Shown piece by piece: positions 24,233 to 34,803 of a stretch of 34,803 nucleotides of DNA. A program made the position numbers and the translations under genes. The stretch spans positions 135,441,859 through 135,476,661 of the forward strand of contig NC_068983.1 in NCBI RefSeq assembly GCF_001194135.2, given 5' to 3'. The DNA is from Octopus bimaculoides. Its lineage: Eukaryota. Under the pieces are notes generated by a model that saw only the letters and a program-made list of their open reading frames with translations, did not search any database and was not told where the DNA came from. Positions within the stretch are counted from its first letter, which is position 1. Every line of letters starts with the position of its first letter.

Positions 24233-24452
24233 CGGATATGAAATGATCTGAGCACACCCGGACATATGCATAACTGGTCTCTTTTAAATCTGGTCGATTA
24301 ATATTAGCTATCCATTGTTCGCGACGTTTTCGCGATCTTTCTCTAGTTTCTTCTCCTTGGTTAGTGATGATGGCTGGCAAACGGTAAAATGAGTTAGCTC
24401 TATCGCGATCTGCACGACTTGAACAGCCGTTAACAGCACAAAAGTTAACCAT
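24233..24452 (-). CDS. Coding exon 1 of a THAP zinc-finger gene (N-terminal C2CH THAP domain)
   Basis: MVNFCAVNGC...FYRLP...RREQWIANINR...[11 protein letters not shown] carries the THAP signature C-x4-C...W...C-x2-H-F. The phase-1 donor G|GTAAGA is at 24232. Confidence 0.9.
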
Positions 24453-24802
24453 CGCGAGGAATTTCCACTGTCCTCCAGAATGGTGGTAGTGATAGATAAT
24501 ACCGCCAGGAAGAGGGTAAGAATTGTAAACATGACGTCACACATTCATTGAGTCAGACAGAAAAAAATTCGTTTGAGTTGAGGCTGTCTCATACTTTTAT
24601 TAACTTTCTTAGCATATCTAATTTTCTATGTCATATAATTCCTAAAAAAAGTTTTAAATTCTGTGATCTTGGAGATTTTATTGACTCGACAAACACTTTT
24701 CCAAAGTTTTTAACCAGTCTGTGATTTTACTAAACTAAACGAAATTAACTCAAAAGAATCTCTATCAATTTCTAAAACGCCAAAACAATCTTATCTGTTA
24801 CA
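24453..24802. promoter_or_regulatory. Putative bidirectional promoter / 5' UTR region between the THAP gene and GSKIP
   Basis: 350 bp separate the divergent ATGs. It holds a perfect CRE TGACGTCA (24532-24539), an AP-1-type TGAGTCA (24549-24555) and TCGCGA at 24452-24457. CpG is visibly more frequent around 23.8-25.3 kb than in the flanks. Confidence 0.6.
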
Positions 24803-25198
24803 ATGGCAGACACCGATTCCACTTTGTGCGACGACGAGGAATATACTCTAAAAATTGAGGCAGAGTCAGTTGTAAATGAAATCGCTTATGCTGTGAAATG
24901 TGTACAGCTTTCAGATGTCCTTCCCTCGGCCGATAACTTGATCTATCTCAATCTACGCACGAAAGAAAACCAAAAGTATTGCGTACAACTTTCTACAGAA
25001 GGTTTTCAAATAGTCGGTCATGATTTCGATAGCCTTGATAATGTCAGTAATGGCAAATATTTTGAGACCATCTACAGTCTCTTGGACAACGTCAGTCCCG
25101 AGTACCGAAATTCTTTTGGCGATGTTCTTCTCTCCAAACTGCAAAAAGTACAGGAACAACAACAAGAACAGGTCTCTGAGAAGGACGATCTGCAATGA
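24803..25198 (+). CDS. GSKIP: GSK3-beta interaction protein (DUF727 / GSKIP domain), 131 aa, uninterrupted CDS
   Basis: EAESVVNEIAYAV...YLNLRTKENQKYCVQLSTEGFQIVG..FD...FETIYSLLDNVSPEYRNSFGDVLLSKL aligns by eye along its full length with human GSKIP (EAEAVVNDVLFAV...[26 protein letters not shown]). A possible AATAAA lies at 25462-25467. Confidence 0.95.
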   Translation: MADTDSTLCDDEEYTLKIEAESVVNEIAYAVKCVQLSDVLPSADNLIYLNLRTKENQKYCVQLSTEGFQIVGHDFDSLDNVSNGKYFETIYSLLDNVSPEYRNSFGDVLLSKLQKVQEQQQEQVSEKDDLQ

Positions 25199-27861
25199 CA
25201 AAGACGTAAACGAAAGGCAAAACACCAAACTTTTTCATTTACTAAGTTTGTGATGAAAGATTTCCAAATGTTGACCCGTGTTGGTAATATTATTACGAAA
25301 TCATTTTAAGAATCGACAAATTTTCAACATGTTCACACACGCGCACATACAGTTGACACCTAAACCCATGTACACACAAAGTTCATAACATGCACGCACG
25401 CTGAAATTCAAATGAGCGCACACATCCAAGCATGTTATGCCTCTACTTACTATACCAAGTTAATAAAAACGATAACAACTTCAAATAACCAAGAACAAAA
25501 CTAATTTGTTGTGTGATGAAGAAGGAAATATTGCTTCCATTACTGAAATAGCATCTGTGCAAAACTTCTTAATCTGTGATTTAATGGACGCGTGGGTCGG
25601 AATCGATCTTGGGAAATTTTCAACTATGGCAGGATGTGGAAGAGTAAGAAATAATTTTTACTTTTGAATATATGAGCTTCTATTAGTTAAAAGAGAAAAA
25701 AAAATTGATTTGACACACACACACGTATGTATGTATGTGTGTGTGTGTGTGTATGAACACTTACGTTTTTAAATTTGCACCATCTGTGTTTATCAAATAA
25801 TCAAAAGAAAGTCTGTTTATAGATTTTCTCACATTATTCACATGTGCCTTAGATTTCTTCCAGTTAAGGGGAGGGTCGAGTGAAAGTTTCAACCCCATGA
25901 CAATGAATGGTGAACTTGTCCTTTCATTTTTGTTTTGTGGATTTTTCTATTATAAAATCAGAACAGAAGACCACCACAAAAATGCAGCCAAATTATTGCA
26001 ATAATGTAAAGGCATTTACTAATTAGATATACATGTAATTAAATTCCCATAACTTTATATCGAAATTTGTTCAAATGCAATTCTATGCCTTTATATACAT
26101 ATATCTCCCAATATTTTTTTGAAAATGAATTTTTAATAAAGAAAAGGGAAAATTATTTTAAAATTGTATTCTAAACGTTTTTTAAGCTTTACTGCGTTTT
26201 GAGGTTTACAATGTTATTTTATTGTATGTTAGCTGTGTGAGCAATGTATAAAAGTTTCTTTAAGGTATAAACTTGTTCGGTACATAATTTTTATTTCAGT
26301 AAAAATTAACACTTAAAAATAATATAAAGTGATCATGTCAATATACATCAAACATTCAAATTCTACGTATTTCTTATACGAAATGGACTACGTTAGTTTA
26401 ACCATGTAGGGTTATTGTTTTTATTATTGTTTGAAAAGTACTGGAATCTTTAGGACACATCCCTTTTCTCTAATGGTCTTTGAAATTACAGAAAGAGTTT
26501 GAGCATTTGCTAAGCATTTACTAAGTCCTTGTGTCACTTAAAAAAAAAAAAATTAATATCAATTTATAGAGAGCTTGTAATAATTTTGTGAAATTGTTAA
26601 TTATTTCAATAGTGCACAAATGAACAGAAATAGTTTCTAATCGTTTAGCAGAGAGTAAAATTCATACGTAAAATATTTGGATGGAATGGAATACCAGTTT
26701 AGGTTTGTACATGGGATATGGAAAGAAGTATTTAGAGGAGAATAAATAATTCTAGCATTCATTTAGTCTTGTCATGGTAGGTTTCATGCTTTTTATCCAC
26801 CCCAAACTTTTAATGTTTCCATGCTAATCTTGGGCTTTTCTTCAAAGACTAAAATGAAGATAGTCCTTCTGGATACAGAAATGGTGTAATTGAATTTCTG
26901 ACATGTAACCAGAAGTATAGGTAAACCATGAACTAAAAGTTATTATTTGAAAGACTGATGGAATTAGAGAAGCTCTGGATGCAGGAAGATGAAATGTGGT
27001 GTAAATTGGGGATGGAAAGTTATTTAAGGTCCACAAAATAATTAAATTTTTCTGATTTAAGTTCTGAAATAAGACCAAGAAGAAGTATGTAGAAAAGATA
27101 TAGGGAAATCAATATGTGCACAGAAATAAGTATCCAACCTATGTTAGTGTAGAAGAATTATGATTGACCATGGATTTCTTAAAATGATCTTACCTTGGCC
27201 AATGAAGGCACATGAGAGTAATTGAACTTAGTATTGCGAGTTAATGAAAGATTCAATTGGAGAGTGTAAGTTTTGCTTACAGCAAGCAACCAGCTTGGTA
27301 CCTATTTAGAATTGATTTTATGAAGTTTACTAGAATTTTGATTTGTGAGGGAAAGATTGCAGCTGGCAGGCTGGTTCCATTACTTCCTCAGTGGAGGATC
27401 TCATGCTAATTATGATCCACTTTGTTGTAGATGAGTAGGCTCACTCAAGTTTCTTTTTTTTATCCATGTTAGCTCTGAAAGTGATGTTTTTCTTGATTTG
27501 ACACAAAGCATAAAATACGTGTAGACAAGAGAATATAACAAAACCTGCAACAAATATAAAACTTAGAATCAGAAATTCAACAATTTGGTACTTTATTCAT
27601 TTACAATTCATAGATGGCAAAATTATCACAATCTGTGATTTAATATTTACTTACATTCTAACATAGATTGGGTGGAACTGTAATACAGCATCTTTTTAGG
27701 CATTTCAGACATGCTAATTCAACTAAGAGCCTATTACAGGAATCAGCCACATGTTAATATTCAGTGTCAGACATAATTAAAGTAAATTGTCAACCAAATT
27801 CCATACCACTATAAGACAATCTGCAAAAATGTTTTAACCTCAATATATATGTGTATGTTTG

Positions 27862-27931
<70 letters not shown>

Positions 27932-28152
27932 CAAAATTATAATTAATGATTGTCTTCTCTCCTGGTGCTGTATGAACATTTAATGTGGTTTTAGAGTCAA
28001 GTTTTGGCTGCTATATCTAGCATAGTTGGTAGCTTTTAGATACCCTTAATTATAATTTTAATAATAATTATTACCTTTGAGGTTTTTATTCCCATGCTGG
28101 CCACCTGATTAAGATTGGTATTTTAAATAACAATCTTATCCTTATTTATATA

Positions 28153-28383
28153 TGTGCCCCTGGACTGGTTCTGTGCCCCTGGACTGGTTCTGTGCCCCTG
28201 GACTGGTTCAGTGCCCCTGGACTGGTTCTTGTGCGGGTGGCACATGAGATGCACCATTTTGAGCGTGGCCGTTGCCAGTACCGCCTGACTGGCTCCTGTA
28301 GGATTTTCGAGCGAGATCGTTGCCAGTGCCCCTGGACTGGCTTGTGCGGGTGGCACATAAAAGACACCATTTCGAGCGTGGCC
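28153..28383 (+). repeat. Minisatellite (4 x 19 bp TGTGCCCCTGGACTGGTTC) joined to internal units of the (ATG)n-tail repeat family, running into a gap
   Basis: Units at 28153-28171, 28172-28190, 28191-28209 and 28210-28228, then gtggcaca...caccattt(t/c)gagcgtggcc units like those at 9470-9680. Confidence 0.9.
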
Positions 28384-29108
28384 NNNNNNNNNNNNNNNNN
28401 NNNNNNNNNNNNNNNNNNNNNNNNNNNNNNNNNNNNNNNNNNNNNNNNNNNNNNNNNNNNNNNNNNNNNNNNNNNNNNNNNNNNNNNNNNNNNNNNNNNN
28501 NNNNNNNNNNNNNNNNNNNNNNNNNNNNNNNNNNNNNNNNNNNNNNNNNNNNNNNNNNNNNNNNNNNNNNNNNNNNNNNNNNNNNNNNNNNNNNNNNNNN
28601 NNNNNNNNNNNNNNNNNNNNNNNNNNNNNNNNNNNNNNNNNNNNNNNNNNNNNNNNNNNNNNNNNNNNNNNNNNNNNNNNNNNNNNNNNNNNNNNNNNNN
28701 NNNNNNNNNNNNNNNNNNNNNNNNNNNNNNNNNNNNNNNNNNNNNNNNNNNNNNNNNNNNNNNNNNNNNNNNNNNNNNNNNNNNNNNNNNNNNNNNNNNN
28801 NNNNNNNNNNNNNNNNNNNNNNNNNNNNNNNNNNNNNNNNNNNNNNNNNNNNNNNNNNNNNNNNNNNNNNNNNNNNNNNNNNNNNNNNNNNNNNNNNNNN
28901 NNNNNNNNNNNNNNNNNNNNNNNNNNNNNNNNNNNNNNNNNNNNNNNNNNNNNNNNNNNNNNNNNNNNNNNNNNNNNNNNNNNNNNNNNNNNNNNNNNNN
29001 NNNNNNNNNNNNNNNNNNNNNNNNNNNNNNNNNNNNNNNNNNNNNNNNNNNNNNNNNNNNNNNNNNNNNNNNNNNNNNNNNNNNNNNNNNNNNNNNNNNN
29101 NNNNNNNN
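28384..29108. other. Assembly gap (725 N)
   Basis: Run of N. Confidence 1.
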
Positions 29109-29142
<34 letters not shown>

Positions 29143-31269
29143 CTAGTTTACTTAAAAGTCAAGTGTGGTACAAAAATATTAAAATAATGATTGATAAAAT
29201 ACCTTAAACCTAAACCTTTATGGTTGTTTAAAAACCTGGTAGAGCACATCCCATTTTAAGCTATTTCAATTCAGTTGAACATTGTAGACATGAGAGAAAT
29301 TAACTAGTTTGATCAATAATTATGCCTGAAGTATAAATTTCACTTCCTAAAAACTTACTGCTTGTGCAGAAAATATATCGTAAGCATCGTTTCAATACAT
29401 AGTAAATAAATAATTTAACATTTGTTTATTAACAAACTGTATTTCAATATTGTTTTACTAATGAACAATCAATTAGTATTATTGTAATAATGCTAATGCA
29501 AATCTAATATCTAGCTTGCATACAATGCATTCACAGTGGTGCACCAGCATGACCGCAGCCACTTGGCTGAAACCCATAAATAAATAAATGCATTTCAACA
29601 TAAAAAGTAAATAGAGTGAGTGTACTTCTTACAGAGAATTATATATTTTTAGTCTGATTTAACATTCTATATATATCATATTCTATGGGAAACAAATGTT
29701 GAGATGACATGAGTGAATAAAAATGATTGTTTGCAATTTGAAACTCAAGTAGATGTCCATCAAAAGCTCCTTCTCATCCGTTTCCTCTGTGTCTTGTATC
29801 AGTAGAGTTTTAACTTCAGAATATACTCCTGGTTGCTGATAATCTGAATTTCAACCCAGAATCATTTTATGAACGATAGAAAAAGATTAAACCATTGAGA
29901 TTAAAGGTGAACATTTCTAAAATGAAGATATTTATCTAGACCTCTACAGTGCAGATATTATCACCTCATAAATACTTACAACCATTGATCCCTTTAAATT
30001 GTGCACATGTGTGCAAACATATTTTGCAACTGGTGTTTGAAAGGAATTAATGTGCACAAAGAGGTTAGTTGCCTAAAATGAAGTAGTAATTAATAATTTA
30101 TTTCAAGTTTATATTTGCACAAGTATTCAGTGCACACCTGTTTTTGTCACAAGAAAAAAATATAGTGACAAACTAAAAATTCAAGAAAACCTTGCTTACA
30201 CCTTGTAATTAGTCACACAGACTAAACTAATTATATTGTATGTTAGGGCTTATTTCAGTCTTACAGAATTCAATGAAGAATTGCAACTGAAACTTTCAAC
30301 CTAAACTTGAATCAAATACTTAATGTTGAAGATAACTAAAATTTGCATATACTTGAGTTAATGGTTGGAAACCTTATAAATTAACAGCAAAGAAGTAATT
30401 AAATGTGTTTTAATAAACAGGCAAGAAATACATCACTGGTCAGACTGATTATAATCTTGAGAAGACCTAAACTGTACTTTGCTCAATAGTAATAAGAAAG
30501 CAACTTGTTATTTAAGAAATTTTGGTAAAGCTACTTTTAGTTTAATTTGAGAAATTTGCATTGACAAGAAACTAAGAGAGCTCAATTTTCTTCATGAAAA
30601 TAATTATTGTAATTTAATCCAAAAGATATTTGTCTGTATTTTATAACATTAGATAGTATAAATTTTTAACTTTATTTTCAAGGATAAAAGACAAGATCTT
30701 TACCTGAACTAATCCATTTGTTGATAGATGGCCAATATTCTAAGTGTATAACTTTATATCAGGTATTACTAATAATTTGAAAAACATGGAACACTACAAC
30801 TAATATGTGGACTCCAAACACCACATTTCGAGTTATCCATGAACTCTGAATAAGAACTGATCCAAAGTAGAGGAAATTCTAGTTCTCCTATAGGAGATAG
30901 TCCTTCTAGTTCCAGTGGCACAATAAAATACATCCAATCCACACTGTAAGACTACACAAGACCAAAATTAGCCAGTTGTCTATATTGTTGTATGTGACAG
31001 GTGACTCAAAACACAATAAGTGATATGATTCATTCACCCTATGCCAAATACAAAATTATGAACTAATGATGATGATATATATCATCATCATTATTTAACA
31101 TCCGCCTTCTATGCTGGCATGGGTGGGACTTACATATATATATTTCTACAGGAATAAAAAAAATTAAGTGGATTGTACACTTTAAGCTATGTAAATAACA
31201 TAAATACTATTATATATACAATATAATAGATGCATACATTTGTATTTATGATACAATTCTATTTACCAC

Positions 31270-31440
31270 CACCACCAGTGCACTCTGTGCAGTGGCTGGC
31301 CTTAGGAAGGGCATCCAGCTGTGGAAACCATGCCAAAACAGACAATGGAACTTGGTGTGGCCCCTGGCTTTGCCAGCTCCTGTCAAGCTGTCCACCCATG
31401 CCAGCATGGAAAACGGACATTAAATGATGATGATGATGAT
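31270..31440 (+). repeat. (ATG)n-tailed repeat, short copy; a reverse-orientation tail fragment lies at ~31075-31130
   Basis: ttaggaagggcatccagctgtggaaaccatgcc...ccatgccagcatggaaaacggacattaaatgatgatgatg. Confidence 0.8.
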
Positions 31441-33174
31441 TTTCATGTGTATCTATAGTCATTACTGCTTTATACACTTCCATGAAATAAAATATGCTTT
31501 ATCAACAGCAGTATTGATGTAATAGACACATAGCACACATAGGGATACTCCTCATTCTATAATGACTGGTATGATGCTGAATAAACAGCAGGCATCATTC
31601 TGATGTTATTGGATAACATTTAATGTATTTTGGAGTTCTACCCTTGGCATGTAATTAATGGACCTGGTCAGCTCTTCGGATGATGATGTTTCTGGGATTA
31701 CCCCAGCCCCATCAAGCTAGAACATGAAGCAAGCAAGGAGCAAGAAGGTTGTTTAAAATTAACACTTAAATGCATGTGACAAGCAATATAAATATGATAG
31801 ATTGGAAATCATCATCATTTAATAATTATGGTTTGGCCTTGTAGGTATGTTCCTAGTTTCTGGTTTGCTTAATTCAAAGCTAAAGCGCTATTCACTTATA
31901 TCATCATTATCCGGCATTCCATATCCATAACATCTTGCATTTGCCAGATTTTGGATTAATAGTCTGTAAGGTACTACATTGCTGCTGACAACTCATTTTC
32001 AGCTGAGTGGACTGGAGCCACAGGAAATACAATGCTGTGTCCAAGGAAACAACTTGCTGTCTCATCTGGTGATCAAACCTACAACCTTATGATCATCAAT
32101 CCAACATGCTAAGCACTAAGCCATACAATTTCATTTTTGCTTGACATAGATATAGGCAAAAAGGAGACATTTTACCAAGGGAATGAAAAGGCCAGTTAAT
32201 AACACAAAAGAGATATTTGTCCTCCTGTTAGTCTTTTACCAGAAATGCATTATGTTTATATATCTTGTCTGTATGCATGAATCATATAATAGGACATGAA
32301 TGCCATAGCCAAGGGTATATTCAGTTTCCTTATTTATATTTTATTTTTAACTCATAATTTACACTTGTTGGCAATCTAATCTATATTTTCCAATCTTCAT
32401 TTATTGAATTTCAACTATAGCTTAGGATAGGAATGGCTACAAGCCAATTGCCTGCCTACAAGTTAATTAACTGAGATGACTAAATTTCTTCCTAATTGAT
32501 GATAACTATTCTCTTATCTGAAATAAAGTGAAAACTGAGAGAGATTGTTGCTATTGTCAATTTGTTCTCATCAAACTACATTTATATCCTCCATATCTAT
32601 TTCCATTTGACATATTTGGAACAGTGATTTGTTATTACAACTTAAACATAAACTATACAAATTTTTCTACCTGCTGATGTGTCTGATAAGAATTGAAAAG
32701 CAGTCTTTTTACAATTATAGATCCATTTTTGTGTGCTAACATTGTTTATGAAAATTTGGACATTTGGGTTGATTTTGTTTTTATAGTTGGGTGTTGCTCA
32801 TGGTACTACTAATCACTTGATTATGTAATAGAAGTGGAAGATGTTAACTCAGGGCTACCAGACAGTATATATGTAGTAATGTTTGTTACCATGACTACAA
32901 GGTCAGTAATTCAGGATCTTAACTTTACCATCGCTGCACATTATTCAAAGCCATTATGCTTCACAATATCCTGAATACAATTAATGTGCTTTATTGGATA
33001 AACTGCACTCCCATATTAGTTATATCCTTTTACATTCTAAGTTCAATTCCTGCCTGGGTTGATATTACCTTCAATTCTCTCAGAGTAAATGAAATAGTAT
33101 AGTCAGACTGGGTTTTATAATTGATTATATTCTGACAATTTATGAACCTATTACCAATTATTTTTATTATTAAC

Positions 33175-33375
33175 AAGGCGATGAGCTGGCAGAATCATTA
33201 GCATGCTGGGCAAAATGCTTTTGTCTGTCTTCACGTTCTGAGTTCACATTCTGCCAAGGTCGACTTTGCCTTTCATCCTTTTGGGATAAACTAAGTACCA
33301 ATAAAACACTGGAGGTGAGGTAATCGACTAGTCTCCTCCCCCAAAATTTCAGGCCTTGTGCCTTTAGTAGAAAGG

Positions 33376-33411
<36 letters not shown>

Positions 33412-34060
33412 TATTGGGCAAGCTGGCAGAATTGTTAGTGAGATGGATAAAATACTTCTGGCTCTTTATATACTGAGTTCAAATTCCACTAACGTGAACT
33501 ACGCTTTTCATCTTTCGACGATGAAATAAAGTATCAGTCAAGTGCTGAGGTTAATGTAACCAACTAACCCTCTACCCCTAAAAATTGCTGACCTTATGCT
33601 AAAATTTGAAAGAATTATTATCATCATCATCATAGTCATTTAATGTCTATTTTCCATGCTGGCATGGTTGGAAGGTTTGACCAGATCTGGCAACCAAGAT
33701 GGAAAGCTGCACCAGGTTCCAGTCTGATTTGGCTTGGCTTCTATGGCTGGATGCCCTTCCTAACACAATCACTTTACAAAGTGTACTGGATGCTTTTTAT
33801 GTGAGCTGGCATGTAAAAATTATTATTATTATTAAGGCTGTGAGCTGGAAGAATTGTCACTGCATTGGAACATTTTTTGTAATATTTGTTCTAACTTTTA
33901 ACATTCTAACTTCAAATCCCACCAACGTCATTTTTGCCTTTTGCTCTTTCAGAGTCCATAAAATAAAGTACCTGTCAAGTACTGGGGTCAGTGGCATTGA
34001 CTAACCCCCTCCTCCTCAGAATTTCTGGCCTTGTACCTAAATTAGAGACCATTATTGTTA
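33175..34060 (+). repeat. Three head-to-tail copies of an (ATT)n-tailed SINE family, with a reverse (ATG)n-tail repeat (~33620-33810) between copies 2 and 3
   Basis: gagctggcagaat...gagttca.att...tttgcctttcatc...ataaagtacc.gtcaag.actgg...aaaatt...gccttgt.cct recurs at ~33177, ~33415 and ~33835, each ending in an (ATT)n-like tail. Confidence 0.75.
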
Positions 34061-34803
34061 TTAAGGGAAGAGGACAGGACAAAGTGGAAGAAACGATAGG
34101 GTACTAAGTATAGCACCTACCTTGCAATATTTAAGTCCTTCCATGTTTTTAGTTCAAATCCTATCCAGGTCTTCTAAGTATGGTCAATAAAATAAAAGTA
34201 CTAGTCATTTCCTCCCCTCTAGCATGTTTGTGGCTTGTGTCTATATCAGAAATCCTTATTGTTAGTAGCATTATCATTTCACATATGACAAGATCTTTGG
34301 ATTCTTGGCAGTGACATATAGATTTAAATGCTACTAGGACTTGTATCGTAAAATCAGAGAATCTATTTCATACTAAGTTATGAAAAAGAGAATTGCATCA
34401 GCCATACATCTCTAAAGCACAACTGAGTATTTTACTTTGCAATTATGAAGTCTTGGATTCAGTTCCAGTGCATGATATCATGGGAAAATGACTTGTTCCA
34501 TAATCCTTTGGTTGAACTAAGGCTTGTGAGTGAAACTGGGTAGACAGAAACTGCATGGGGACCAATTGGAAGGATTGTACCTGTGACCCAAAGGACCATC
34601 TTTGCTATACACTGTCATATTGATTAAGGGTGAATTCAGTTGTTGTCTTAAATTCATACTTATTCATTTTCTAAGCTTCCTAAATTCATGCTACGTTATA
34701 TTCTATTCACCTAGAATTCATTGCTCTTTTAAAAATTACGATTTATGCATTGTTGTCTCTCAAATATTTAAAATCTACAATTAAGAGCCCTATCTACTCG
34801 CTG

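Noticed and set aside
24953-25253. ORFs overlapping GSKIP (24953..25228 minus, 25020..25253 plus)
   Set aside because: They are shadow frames of the GSKIP CDS with no recognisable motifs.
28153-28228. Direct-repeat array resembling CRISPR
   Set aside because: The units abut with no spacers, the context is eukaryotic, and no cas genes are present.
28192-29207. ORFs of 295-331 aa
   Set aside because: They are mostly N, with a minisatellite on one side and (AT)n on the other.

Overview
AT-rich, repeat-dense animal genomic DNA with two N-gaps (9047-9447, 28384-29108). The repeat families ((ATG)n- and (ATT)n-tailed SINE/RTE-like elements) resemble those of Octopus/coleoid cephalopods; this is an inference, not a verified assignment. 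Two host genes sit head-to-head across 350 bp. On the plus strand is an intronless-CDS GSKIP (24803-25198). On the minus strand is a THAP zinc-finger gene whose exon 1 (24452-24233) splices in phase across a 19,756-bp intron to a 743-nt exon (4476-3734). That exon completes the THAP fold and then encodes a divergent CG-1 (CAMTA-type)-like domain; its 3' donor shows the gene continues, but no further exon was identified. The ORF track misses this join. The apparent THAP + CG-1-like fusion is the most interesting signal. The remainder is mostly decayed mobile DNA: L1/Tx1-type and RTE LINE fragments, mariner and Tc1-like relics, hAT and piggyBac-type MITEs, a long foldback palindrome, SINEs and microsatellites. 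Repeat boundaries are approximate unless TIR/TSD positions are given. All homology calls are from motif recognition, not searches.
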